This document shows positions 13,344 to 26,467 of a stretch of DNA of 64,000 bases, in pieces. Both the position numbers and the translations under genes were made by a program. Below the pieces are notes generated by a model. That model ran no database searches, was not told the origin of the DNA, and was given only the letters and a program-made list of their open reading frames with translations. The number at the start of each line of letters is the position of its first letter. Positions within the stretch are counted from its first letter, which is position 1. Source of the DNA: Octopus vulgaris (taxonomy: Eukaryota); the NCBI GenBank assembly GCA_951406725.2, contig OX597814.1:42408001-42472000 (forward strand). Direction: 5' to 3'.

Positions 13344-13699
13344 ACATACCACACATCCACTCCTGTTGTATAAGAATAAAGTTTAAGATTTTCAAAAATG
13401 ATATCATAGCCGAAATAAGTAAAATGTGTGTGTATATCAATTATAGAGATTAAAAAGTAAAGATTACATAGAATAAGTTTAATATTTATTCATGCAATTA
13501 ATTAATTACATTTTAGGTGGTTTCTATAAAGACGTCTCAGGACATTTACTTATGGAATATTAGGAAGATAATCATGCTATCTGTATATTAATTATAAACC
13601 ACGAAATAGAAAAAAATAACGATGTTTATAGATACACGCATATTTATATACGTGCACACATGCATACCTACACATATATGTATACGTTTATATGGATAT

Positions 13700-14345
13700 A
13701 ATATAACCATCTCTCACAGACGTATTGGGGAGAGAAGAATGCGAGATTCTAAATGTCTTACGGAAAAATATTCTACTATATCTATGGGAAGCAGGGAAGT
13801 TGTTTTTTTTCTTTTCTAAAGGCGGAACGTTGTACCGGAAGAAATCTATATTTTCAAACCTCATACGTATGTAAGGACGGAATCTACCTGCTCTTTCAAC
13901 GCTTTCCAATGTTGCGACTTGATTATTAGGTATGGCTATACTATCAGTATTTTTCTTATCATTAGAGGGGCGAATAATCCGCTCAATCGCCTATCTAATT
14001 TTTTTTATATAAACGAATATTCCTACTGGTTAAAGCATCTAATTTCCAGTTGTTACTTATCTTTTTATTTAAAATGATGTGTTTTTTTGGATTCTTTCAT
14101 AGTAAGTCTGTTTTCCCGACCAAGTAAGCCTGTATTCTCCCTCTCACTTAAAATCTCATTATTTCTAATATTAGTGGGTGTTATACATTCTGGATTAGGT
14201 AAAGTAATTTAATGGTGGTATCCTGCTTCAGACAAATCGATGATGGCGCTGCATTTAATTGGTGTAATTATTGCATTGTTCTATTAAATATATCCGCTGA
14301 AACGGTCGTACTGCATCACTACTTGATATCCTATTGCTTAATTAG
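13700..14345 (+). mobile_element. PLE GIY-YIG C-terminal remnant plus terminal repeat with HHR (14237-14315)
   Basis: Degenerate MGSREVVF and RNLPALS motifs; UCGAUGA UGGC...GAAAC GGUC GUA CUGCA; inverted homologue of 12361-12480. Confidence 0.6.
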
Positions 14346-15961
14346 ACTTTATTCACTTTAATTCGAGCAGTGCGGATAATACCGGACTGATTTGTGACTT
14401 AAACTTAAGTACCTAATTCAACTGAACCTCAATTATATATATATATACGCGAGTCAGTAGACAAACGGAAGAAGGGCACTCAACACATGTATAGAACAAA
14501 TAGTTTGATTCAACTTTCTTGGTACCCTGAGTTTCAAGAGTATATATGGATAGATTGATGAATGGAGGCATTTTGGGATGGCTGTATGCATGTAACTATG
14601 CATATATATTATCATAGGCAAACATACACAGATACTCCTCCCATATATATATATATATGCATACGCATGCACATAGAAGTACATATACATTTGCTTGTAT
14701 GTGTATAAACCGTATATTTCGAATTCTGTTTCACCTTTATAGTTTCATATCCAGTAGTTTTAAACTGTCTAAAAATTCTGTTCATACAGTCTCCAAAGTG
14801 AGAGAGTAATAAAAGTATTAGAGAATAGATGTTTTAATGTGTGTTTATGAATGTATGTATATATTATATATGGCAGTAAATTAATATATGTCACAGTCAC
14901 AATGTTAGTATTGATGATTATTTTTACGTGATTTTTAAATATTCCGAATCTTTGAAGTAAAACATAAAACATCATTGAAACGATATCTGTGCATTGGGTG
15001 AGTTATTATATTATTAGTAACTAATTGCCACACTATTTTGCTAACATTCCAGAAGGAAATTCTGCTGCAGATTATTGATTCGGTTGGAAAACAGTCGCAC
15101 TTCTGAAATGCTTGGAAGTGTTATTACTTGTGTAATTGCTAGTAGTCAATTCCTATTAATTTTCTTCACTAGAATTGATCTCTATGTTAAATTCTATACC
15201 TTTAAATTGTAATTATATAGTAATAAAACAATTTATCAATGATATGTACGAGTGTATGAAGTTTGTGCTTGTAAGTCAAATAGAAAGCGATAATATTCAT
15301 TGAAAAAATAATTAACTACTACGTTTGTTTTTGTATATTGTATTACTGTGTGTTGGCGGCTTCTGTGACTCGCAACCAATGACTCCTCAGACAATAACAT
15401 ATCACAGTTTGATGAAAATATATCTTAAAATGTTCTGTTTCTCGGGGTTGCGTTGTCACTGTTTTCTTGAATGATGGGAAACATTTTGGGCATGTGAACG
15501 TAATGCGTCAAGTCCAGTAGAAATATTCAAATGTTAGTGTTTTAAAAATTATTTTGAAAACGAGGCCCATACTGTAGGAATCCATATTTTAGAAGTGTAT
15601 TAATATTCTATATCAAAAGAATACATGTTAACTGCGAAGTCCATTATTCGCCTACAACAATTTAATGGAAACTGAAACTTAATTGCTGAAATAAAGTATA
15701 CTGGTATGGTTTTCGCGTCCCTACATAATAGAAGATATTTGTCAATAAAATATTCAAAGTATACTCGAATTGTTCAGCGAATATAAATAATGTCTTCAAC
15801 AATATAATTATAAAATTGAGAACATCTCCCTAGACTGCTGTGAACCGCCGTTCTCCAGAAATAGGTTCTCAACTATCTCCATGGGTTCCAGGCAGCATTA
15901 TCCGAGTAATTTTCTACGGGCGACGAAATGATTGAGGGAGCAAAAAGAAGTGAGAAAGAGG

Positions 15962-16055
15962 GGGACGGAGGTGGCCATATCTATAAATCTATCGACAAAG
16001 TTCTCGACGCGGACGATGCTGTTTAATATCAAGTTGACTTCCTCAACAGTCTGTA
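15962..16055 (+). mobile_element. Helitron PIF1-type helicase fragment
   Basis: Translates HIYKSIDKVLDADDAV*YQVDFLNSL, matching the Helitron helicase motif YxSxD...AVxYPxEFLNSL. Confidence 0.75.
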
Positions 16056-16059
16056 TCGG

Positions 16060-16480
16060 TGTAAGCAGCCATCAAATCTGAAGGCAACAATCAAAACCAC
16101 ACCGAATTATTGAACACACTGTAAAACTTGACATCCAAACACAGCAATCACAGTTCTCCACACACTTCAAGCCCATTCGATCCAGTGCAATAAACATCCC
16201 ACCATTTATATTAGATTTAGAAAATAAACAACCACTTCTTGATCATAAATATCCTCACTTCACCAATGTGTGTGAACAACTAGCAACATAGCGTAATATC
16301 ACTAATATCTTCCTTATAAAAATGTAAATCTTATAAATTTGATGCTTGTTACGTCCCCTGATTAAGCTCCCTGCACTGTGTGTTGCATCTGATATCATTA
16401 CATCCTTCCCCACCGATAAAGCAGAAGACATTCGAAACAATTGTTGTGCTAAATAAAGTATCTAGTTAAACACCGACTTC
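16060..16480 (+). mobile_element. PLE remnant with degenerate long-stem-II HHR (16358-16445)
   Basis: SKQPSNLK motif; nucleotide homology to 25437-25660 and to the reverse complement of 25310-25435; CUGAUUAAGCUCCCUGCACUG...GCAGAAGACAUUCGAAACAAUUGUU. Confidence 0.65.
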
Positions 16481-16739
16481 CGTTTACAAAAAATATAGAT
16501 AGATAGACATAGATATACATATACACGCACACATTCCCTTTCTTCCTCCTTTTACTACTGACCTGTGACTGCTACGTCCACTAGCTTTCGCCGTACGTAC
16601 ACACACTTACACACAAACGCACGCACTAATAAACACACAATTTTTATCTCGCACACCGTTACGACCGCTGCTCGCCACTAGCCGTCGCCTAACACACACA
16701 CACACACACACACACGTACATACTCACATACACACCCTC

Positions 16740-17042
16740 TTCTTCCCACTCATTGTGTTTTTACCTACCTTCTTTTTCCGCTCTCCTGTCTTTGAAAACT
16801 TGTCCCCCTCTCGTCTACGACTTCCTGCCTTTCACTATGTTTACCTCGTGAAGGCCAGTCGCGTTTTTTTTTCCCTCTGCCCTCCCACCTCGGGATCTTT
16901 CTTTCTCTTATGTTTCCGACAAAGAGCTCCGCTTGAAACCTCATACCCCCCTTCTTCCCTTTTTTCCTGAGCGCCTAATAATAATACTTTAATTGTACCA
17001 CCTCTTTGTGCTGTCTTTTCTGTTTTCTTGTTTGGATTAACC
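16740..17042 (+). mobile_element. PLE terminal repeat with CpG-decayed minimal HHR (16912-16946)
   Basis: GUUU CCGACAA AGAGC UCC GCUU GAAAC CUC; same family as 19717-19740. Confidence 0.55.
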
Positions 17043-17889
17043 TTACATACATATATTGGTGTATGTGTATACACACGCACACACACGTTCACACACATTT
17101 ATGATATATTTTTATATATATTTGCTTGCACCCACACACGCACACATACACACGTATATATATATAATGGATATAACGAGTAAATATATACCTCAACGTT
17201 GATGTTTTCAAAATGTTGTTATAGCTATAGAGTAGATATAACATTTATTTACAATGTGGTAACTTGCAACAGGATAATTGTTTCATTACATCCATGTATT
17301 TCTTTAAAGGCTGAACTACAGAGAATTTTGTTAGAGCCAGAATCGCACAATTTCTATATACGAGTGTGAAAATAAAAAAAAAATGGAAAAGTTTTCTCAT
17401 TAATGTTTACCGCAATAGAACAAATACGGTTGACATGACATTTAGACATAGATTCGAGAAATGTTTGATATGAAATTACAGGTGGGATAGATATTCCATA
17501 AAAGAAAATAAAGACTATAAAATAATTTGTGTACGTTATGCCACGTGTTATCTTTCCCATTATATCTAATGTATTTATTTCATTTTCTATATATCAAGCA
17601 AGTAAGCATTTATGTGCGTGTGATCTGGAGCATATGTAACTTACTCATTATTTAATCAGGGAAGATAAGTGCTTCGGTAGAGCCTCGAAATGGAATACAA
17701 ATAGGAATTCAATTTTATTAACACGCTCAGAATTTACACTGTATATACATGACATTGTACATTTCCTCTTATAAACCACATTTAAATGGATATGAAATTC
17801 TCTGCCGTATATCAGATGTCACTATTCCTAAATTATCATCCAAGTATTCAGATATTTTCCTATATATTACTTATCGATAAGAATCTGGT

Positions 17890-17959
17890 TAGATAGATAC
17901 ATAGATAGATAGATAGATAGAAAAATAGATAGATAGGTAGATATATGGATAGATTGATG

Positions 17960-18041
<82 letters not shown>

Positions 18042-18050
18042 GACAGATAG
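17890..18050. repeat. (GATA)n microsatellite
   Basis: Direct inspection. Confidence 0.95.
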
Positions 18051-18392
18051 AAAAACAAACAGACACACACACAAATACATACTTACATACATACAAAAGT
18101 TCGCGTATGTATGCACAGGTGTATTTATATCAAAGTATGTACAACGAATATTCTTTAAAATTAGTGTACTTAATGTTTAGAAATTATATTTACATACATT
18201 ATTAATAGACATTTCGTATATGATTTGGTGGTATGTTTACTGCATCTTTTGCATTTCTACTCTTTTATCATTTAGCCATATTGCCCACTAACATGTAAGA
18301 ATTCCGATATGGTTTTGCATTTCTGAGAAGAAACACAATAAGATATTGCAGATCTATTTTTCTATCTGTCTATCTTCCTCTCTCTCACTGTT

Positions 18393-18454
<62 letters not shown>

Positions 18455-18554
18455 TATATGTGTGCATATATGTATATATACATACATACGCACTCACAAC
18501 ACACACAGACACTCACAACACACACACACACGCACCACACACACACACATATAT

Positions 18555-18634
<80 letters not shown>

Positions 18635-18815
18635 AAAAAATGAAGTTCGAAAATGCTGCTGTATTATACAATTTTTAATTTTTATATATACATTATAACA
18701 TGTTTCAGTTCCTGAAATGAACCTTATCAAAAAAAGTTATATATAAAAAAAGACAGCTCATGCCGTCAAACACAAGAAATTCATTTATAATACACAACGG
18801 AGTCAGACATCTTAG

Positions 18816-18859
18816 AGTTCATGTATAGTTGATATATAGTTCATGTATAGTTGATATAT
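18816..18859. repeat. Perfect 22-bp tandem duplication
   Basis: AGTTCATGTATAGTTGATATAT occurs twice in tandem. Confidence 0.9.
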
Positions 18860-19099
18860 AGTTTGAAGTATATGTTCAAAGTGTTCGATGCAGTGGCCCA
18901 CGGTGGCGATACGTATTCAATACAAAAAACAGATCAAAGTGGTGGAAAGCGGTCAATACAGAAGATTGATGTTTCCGAAAGAGCGAGGAATTCATTTTTA
19001 CCTTAAGCAATTGTGATGACCCATGGTGGAAGTTCGCTGGGTATATATATTCGTACCTTACACTACAATCATTCTTTGGACACCATAGTACATTCGAGT

Positions 19100-19710
19100 C
19101 TAGAGCTACAGTTTGCAGCGATATATCCGCGTGAGCCTTAGCATGATTTTAAAGATAGCAGGTCCAGATGAGGTGAAATATGTTTGCCTTAGTATTGTTA
19201 TATGATGAGAGCAATATTTTTGTGGAGAACGGATGGTACGAGAAAGAGCCTCAGATAAATTCGAAGTTGAGGCCAACATAATTCTGGCAAATCTTTTGAA
19301 ACTTTTTCCACATCACACAGATAACATACCATCCACAGCGGTGTTGAAAGAAATAGAATTTGAGTTGCTCGAGATGATCCTAATAAGCAAGACTTGCCAT
19401 GTGATCTATTTTTCTCGTGATGATCACTGACGCTTCAATTTTCATGGTCTTTCTTTTCCTTTTCTTTTTATGTATTTATTATTTTCTTTGTTTATCGAGA
19501 CAAGTGCGCACAACAATATTGTAGTTGAGAGCAGGCGAAGTTTGAGAAAATGAGGGTAATGGTAGGGGTGTCTCAAAACCGAATACTCCTGACGATCCTG
19601 AAGCATGCCTTATAGGCCATGTTGACTTCGTTCTTCAAGTGGACACACTAGATAAATCTGTTGTCAACAGTTACTCAGAGATCCCTAGCGGTATTTAATG
19701 TCGCAATGAT
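19100..19710 (-). mobile_element. CR1/L2-clade LINE, RT C-terminal fragment, pseudogenised
   Basis: ARDL*VTVDNR..HLKNEVNMAYKACFRIVRSIRF*D..LIFSNFACSQLQYCC (~KDLGVT.D..L.W..HI...V.KA......R.F..RD......VRP.LEYC) followed by LAY*DHLEQLKFYFFQHRCGWYVICVMWK (~L.Y.ERL..L.L.SL..RR.R..I...WK). Confidence 0.8.
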
Positions 19711-19716
19711 TTTGTC

Positions 19717-20100
19717 CGGAGCTCTTCGTCAGAAACATAGAAAAGGAAATGTCCAAGGAAGGGAAGACGGAGGAAGAAAATCGCCAACGATACACACGCG
19801 GTTACATATTGAATGACCGGAATGGAATGGGTGAAGAAAAAGTTCTTTCAAAGACAGTAGAGTGCAAGAGAAGAAGGTATGTGTATGTGTGGGTATGTAC
19901 GTGCTCGCAAGTCTGTGTGTGTGTGTATATGTGTGTGCAAAATAGCAGTGTGTGTGTGTGTGGTTGTGGTTGTTTATCCATGTATGTGGTTGGTCTTAAT
20001 ATCGTTTAAGGTCATAGGAAGAATTTATAGTAGAAGTGGCTTGTGTTGTGTGTCTACCTACACATGTGCGTGGGAGAATGGTCAGTGGAATATACTAGTA
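19717..20100 (-). mobile_element. PLE terminal repeat, truncated within its HHR
   Basis: Minus strand GUUU CUGACGA AGAGCUCCG at 19717-19736 abuts the CR1 fragment; upstream microsatellite-rich tail resembles 16740-17042. Confidence 0.55.
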
Positions 20101-20144
20101 GTTTGAAGTATGTGTGTGTGCGTGTATGTATATGTAGTGTGCGT

Positions 20145-22930
20145 GATATATATACGCTAAACATACGGCGTTGGTACATGCCTATATACATATACAAATA
20201 AGTATAGGCAAAGCACGAATATATACAAACGCATATGCCTGTATCCACGTACGTACATATATATATACGCAAATACGCAAATAATAATTTTTCCGTGTGT
20301 GTTTCAAATACACAACCTAGTTGTTACAAGCTAGAGAGTGACAACTAAAAGAATCAGAGAATAAGTGGAATGAGAAAGAAAAAGAGGACGAAAGAAGAAA
20401 AAAGAAGTGTTTGAAGAAAGAATAAATGAAAGAGAACGAGAAAATAAATAGAGAGAAAGAGAGTGAAATGATAATGAAGTTGGCGTTTCTAAAATGTATC
20501 TAACTAATGTTAGATACTTCGGTAAGCTTGCAAACGCAAACGTAAAAATGCACACGTATAAAAAGACACGCACATCTACATAAATACATGTGTTCATGCA
20601 AAAGCAACATGCATGTAGACACGCATACAATTACAAAAATAAACATATGTATTTATTAAAAGTAGAATAAAAATATGGAGGTGTAATGTGAACCAGCATT
20701 ACGAAACAAAATCTTTTACCCATACGGTATTTTTTAAGTTGATATTGAAACTACATGACGTGCCTACAGCTATTTAAATGTTCTCGTCTTTGGTTTATTG
20801 CGTGTTTATCCTGAAACTTTTTCTGAGAGGCAAAGGTAGCATTTCATTGGTCTTCTATATGTACCATGTTTATATGGTGCTACTTTTTCAAAAATTGTCC
20901 AGCTCATACTAAAAGTACGGGTGTAATTTTTCCTTCAATTGCCAGACATGTTTTGCAACACTTGTTGCTGTCCTCATCCAGGAATATCGGAAACAATTTA
21001 TGTGGGGATAAAACCTAGTATTCAATGATTTTCCCGAAGTTTTGTGTATGATTTTGTATTTTTGTGAGCTGTCTATTGGTATTTTAGCTTCATAAACTAT
21101 TCTTTTTTCCAGACATTTTCTTTCTAACGGACAGCAAATCTCATCTTTGAAATTGCAAATCTTCTTGTTAAATTCGGCAGAGAGTTTGTTTGTAATGATT
21201 TTTGCGTTATGCTGATTAATAAATGAAGCGAAGTTTGTGCAATAAGGGTACCTAACCTTCAGTGTTCTCTTATTAAATATTCCGTAGCTCTTATGGCTAG
21301 CTTGAAAATATTTAGAAACTAGCTTCAAGAATCTCCTACCTATATTTGTTATTTTACGGTAATATTAAATTCCAGATTAAAATACAAAACATTCTAGTCC
21401 CAGTTCTTTGTACAAGAAGTAACTTGACTATACTGGATCTTCTCCGAAAATCCGCTGTTTTTTAATTAATTATACGGCGCAGCATTTTGAAAATATAGAT
21501 GATATGTGCCTTCTTATATTAATAGCTAGTTTCTTACGAAGAACAAATGGATGATTTAGATTTTTTTGTTAATATAAAATAGCTTTTTATTGGACGTACG
21601 GTAGGGTTTAAATTTATCTAATTACAAATCGAAATTCGACGTTATGAAGGTTTCTTTCTATCGTAATCCGTAGGCCCATACTTTGGAAGAAAGTAATCAG
21701 ATTCTTCCAAAGTTTATCTGACACATGGCCGTTTAAATTACAGGTGTCTATAAGACCGTCATCCCTGTATAATACTGCATTAATAAAAGGGAATTCTGGA
21801 TGCAGGCTTTGCAAAATATAAGCTCTTATAAGCATACGCAACACAGTTCTATCGCATACATCAAATAAAGTATGCTGGCCGTTTTTAACCAAGATGGAAT
21901 TATCGTAAAAAAGGAGGGGGAATTTACTTGCATGCTGTACAACATCGAAATTCGACTTATCGATGGTGACAAACAATCTGGGGAATTCTAAGGCTTTAAG
22001 AAGTAAATGCCTGGATATTATTTCCGATAACCCGAAAATAGGACAGCAACAAGTCTAGCAAAACATGCCAGGTAATTGAAGGGAAAATGACAACCGTCCT
22101 TTCAAAATCAGCTGGACAATTTTTGAAAGAGCAGCACCATATAAATATGGAGTATGTAGAAGACCAATGAAATGCAACCTTTGCTTATCAGAAAAAGTCT
22201 TCATCCTGTTCCGGGTTAAACATACATTGAACCAAGGACGTGAACTATTAAATTCCTTCAGGCACACCACGAGGTTTAAAATGTAAATTGAAAATATGCC
22301 GTATGAGAAAAAAGTTTTGAGTTTCAAATTCTTTTTTTTTTAATTTCACATTTAAATTTGGATTTTACACCTGAAATATAGACATCTTGTATTACACTGC
22401 TGGTACATATTTCACGTTCATGTTTTACATTTGACTTTTAAGAATTGTATATGTTTATTTGTATATTTGTATGCGTATCTATGTGTGTAACTTTTGCATG
22501 TACGTATTTATGTAGATATGCATGTCTTTATATATATGCATTTTTATATGTGTGCGTTTGCAAACTTACAGAAGTATCTAACATTTGCTAGAGACATTTT
22601 AGGAACGGCAAGTTTAATATCATTTCTCTTTCTCTCTCACTCTCTCTCTCTATCTATCTATCTATTTTTCTTTCTCTTTCTTTTATTCTTGGACCACTTC
22701 TTTTTTTTCTTTTCTTCCTCCATTTATTATTCTTTGATTTTTTTTCGATTTACTTCTCTACCTTGAAACAGCTAGGTTGTATATTTGAAACACACACGGA
22801 GAAGTATTATATGCGAATGTATATATATGTTGATACCTATATATGCATTTGTATATATTTAAGTTTTGCCTGCATTTGTTTCTCTATGTTTGTAGGCATG
22901 TACCAATGTTTGTATGTTTAGTGTATATAT
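20145..22930 (-). mobile_element. Penelope-like retroelement (Neptune/Nematis-like), 5'-truncated, with inverted terminal duplication
   Basis: RT motif YRDDGL in ORF 21614-21976; HKSYGIFNKRTLKV, CNFKDEICCPLERKCLEKRIVY and SVAKHVWQLK in ORF 20909-21328; C-terminal KCYLCLSEK. Segment ~20145-20960 is repeated in inverted orientation at ~22050-22930. Confidence 0.92.
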
Positions 22931-23421
22931 GTATGTATGATTCTTTGGTATGTGTATGTATTTCTAAATGTATATGTAGTTTTATAATGTTAGTTTTTGT
23001 AACTTCTTATTTTAAACGAACATACCTTTTTAATTTATTTAAGTTTATTATTTATGTACCATTAATCAATTTACACTGGGTATACAACTTTTTTCCTTCT
23101 ACTAAAGCTATCTATTGATTTAAGAATTTTTTCGATTTTTATAATAATATGATTTAAATCGTAGTTGTACTTTCATATAAATGGTTATTGAAAAGACCGT
23201 TAGTTTAAGGGACCAATGAAACCAAACCATTTTCAAATGTTTATCCATCAAAGTATTTATATATTTATGCATATAACCATATTATGTTCCATTCTCAACC
23301 AAAAGTGTCCGACTAAAGGGAATGTTAAACTCTGAGTAACAGTTTTTGTGATGTCTTTGCAGCTTTATTCATAAAGCATATTACTCTACCTCCCATATTC
23401 GAGTAATTTTGTTTCCCACGT

Positions 23422-23805
23422 TAGGGCGGCGAGCTGGCAGAATCATTAGCACACCGGGCGAAACGCAGAATTTCTGAGTTCAAATTCTGCCGAGGTCGAC
23501 TTTGCCTTTCATCCTTTCGGGCTCGATAAATTAAGTACCAGTTACGCACTGGGTCGATATAATAGACTTAATCCGTCTGTCTGTCCTTGTTTGTCTCGTC
23601 TGTGTTTAGCCCCTTGTGGTAGTAAAGGAATGGGTATTTCTTCTATCTTTACATTCTGAGTTCAATTTCCCCTGAGATTGACTTTGCTTTTCATCCTTTT
23701 GGGGTCGATTAAATAAGTACCGGTTACGCATTGAGGTTGAAGAATCGCCTTAATCCCTCTGTCTCTCCTTGTTTGTCCCCTCTATGTGCAATAAAGAAAT
23801 AAATA
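23422..23805 (+). mobile_element. SINE family C, head-to-tail dimer
   Basis: Two successive CTGAGTTCAA..GACTTTGC(C/T)TTTCATCCTTT(C/T)GGG..CGAT..TAAGTACC blocks; the second unit lacks the A-box head. Confidence 0.85.
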
Positions 23806-24759
23806 TTTTCCCACCTTGTTTCACATTAATGTGCTTACACAGTTAGATATATATATAAATGAGCATATGCGTTCGCAAATGTATCTGTATATGTCTGCAA
23901 ATTTTTGTCAAAATCCATATTTAATTATTTCTTACAGATAGCATCATTGAAGTTCACTGTATATGAGACACACACGCGCGTGCTCAAACACACACATTCT
24001 CAATGAACACAAACACACACACATACACACACACACACACACACACATATATATGTATTATTGTGTATGTGTGAGAGGGTGTGTGCGTGTATGAATTCGT
24101 ACAGAGTGACAGAGAGAGAGAGAAAGAGAAAGAGACAAATATTCCCTTAAATATATATGTGCACATGCGCTCTTGTATGTAAAATTGTGCGTAATGTACA
24201 TACGAAATACTTCCACTTATATAATATGCTTTATTAGGTCGTCAAATAATAAAGTGCATCACAACCCCCACCAAAACTTTTAGTAAAGCAAGCTTAATAC
24301 TTTCATGCATTTAGCATGCAAAACTCGTTAGATTCCACACCGATTGTTGCACCTTTGATGTATTTCATTTAACTTTTGCATGTTTCATCAAAGATACATT
24401 TCCTTTCATCTGTTGCAAATTATGTTTCTTTACTATTTAAGCGTATATATATTTTTTATTACTTCTATGTTTTCGTTCAATTAGCAATAATCACTCACCA
24501 AAATATGCTGCTGCCGTCTTAATTTATCAAGCTACATCTAATGTGGTACAAAAAACAAATAATATCAAGACCAGCAATATTGGTTATGAAAGGTTTTCCT
24601 CTTATACCTGTTTAATATCCATTTTCATATTTCTTAATTTACCAGAAAAATAACTTGATTATATATACATATTAGAAATTAGTTTCCTGCTCAATATTTC
24701 CTTTAATCTCTGTATCCTATCTCATGTGAATTTATAAAATGCAATACCTAATGTGTTTA

Positions 24760-24930
24760 TAGTGAATAAATATAAATAGATCTCCTGTCGGTGTCGAAGA
24801 TAAATTTCCATTTGTACGAATACCTGCAGAGCCTAAGTGTTGAATTAGAATATAAACTTTAATTCTCAGGTGAAATATTCGGGGATCATTCCGTGGCAAA
24901 TCTGCCCGTTTCAAGTGTATATTCAGTCCA
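24760..24930 (+). mobile_element. PLE GIY-YIG fragment
   Basis: TCRA*..LN (~TCRGC) followed by IFGDHSVANLPVSS (~QIRDPSVRNLPVS). Confidence 0.45.
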
Positions 24931-25027
24931 ACCTATGGTCCTACTTAATATATATTATTTCCGCCTACACAGTTTTACTCACAATCTGTGTATGTATGTA
25001 TGTATGTGCTTGTGTGTGGGTACGTGC

Positions 25028-25085
<58 letters not shown>

Positions 25086-25309
25086 ATCTCAGTTAAATAT
25101 AAAATTAAATTCACGATTTTGACAGGAGACATTAGATTGCAGTATCCGTACCTTGTTTCGGGTAAGTCCCTGATAGTGGGCCCTGTAGAACATGTTCAGA
25201 ACTTATTGGCTACCGGATGTTATCCGCAGTACTGCTCTTGCGTCGTTGGATCTACGTAAGGATATCCTAGGTGCACCTTGGGCATATTTTAAATGATTGA
25301 CACAGAAGA

Positions 25310-25660
25310 AAGAGTGTAACTACAAGCTTCATTTTGCACAACAATCGTTTCGGCTGGCTTCTGCACTGCTCTCTAATGGCTGGGGAACTATGTAATGGCA
25401 ATAGATTCATCACGTGGTGCAAGAAGCCGTTTACAATTTTATGTTTTATTTTTTATCTACAACTTCCTGTATATAGGCCATAAATATCTTTATTCCACCA
25501 AAGTGTGTGAACTACTAGCAACACAACATATTAGCACCAGCATCTATCCTGGAACGAAATGTAAAAGTAAATCACCTGATGAGGCTTCCTGCACTGCGCG
25601 AAGCATTCGATGTCATTACATCGTACACCACCCATCAGGAAGCTGTGCGAAAGGCACCCC
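25310..25660. mobile_element. Head-to-head pair of PLE terminal repeats with long-stem-II HHR halves
   Basis: Plus copy CUGAUGA GGCUUCCUGCACUG at 25576; minus copy ...CAGUGCAGAAGCCAGCC GAAAC GAUUGUU at 25340-25368; the internal segments align to each other and to 16358-16470. Confidence 0.75.
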
Positions 25661-26119
25661 AAATAAAGCTACACTCCGTCTTCCATATCAATATTTTCAA
25701 TAATCATATATACATATAATTATCGATCATATATATATACTCCTCTCTCCCCTCCTCCTCCTCCCCTTCCCTCTCTTCTCTCCCCCTATCACTCTCCCCA
25801 CAAACCCCACTATGCCCCAACCCCCAGCCGAACTCACACCCCACCTGGACTTTCCCCACTCTCGCCTCCCCCACCCACCCACAACATCACACCACACTAC
25901 ACCATACAACATTACACATCACATCACAACACACCACCCACAGCGCAACGCCCACACGCCCATCCCCACATCTTTTCACCTACACATACATACACATATC
26001 ACATCCCAACACACCACCCACACACAATCCCCACATCTCCACACCCACACATACATACACACACACGTCCAGACCACCAGCCCTCTTTCACATGCACATA
26101 CATACTCTCTTATACACAC

Positions 26120-26414
26120 ACGCACCTTTGTGTTTGGGGCACCTTCGTTTTGGAAGTCACTTGACCTTGTTATCTCCCCTACTGTCCCTCTAGCGTCTGA
26201 CCACTGCCCGAAGTTAGAACGCCATGATAGATCGTTAGCTCCAACACGCATTTTTTTCTCTCCTTGTTTTTTTCTGTGTATCTTTCTGTCGAAGAGCGTA
26301 GGATCGAAACGTAAAAGACTTGTTCTATTTCTATTCCTGGGCACCATACTAATACATTTGTTTGTTAGTACTCCACCTGCCTTCGTCTTTTGTTTATTTT
26401 CGTACACTTTCCCG

Positions 26415-26416
<2 letters not shown>
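26120..26416 (+). mobile_element. PLE terminal repeat with minimal HHR variant (26281-26318)
   Basis: UCUUU CUGUCGA A GAGC GUAG GAUC GAAAC GUA AAAGA; ends at a (TA)n tract. Confidence 0.65.
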
Positions 26417-26467
<51 letters not shown>

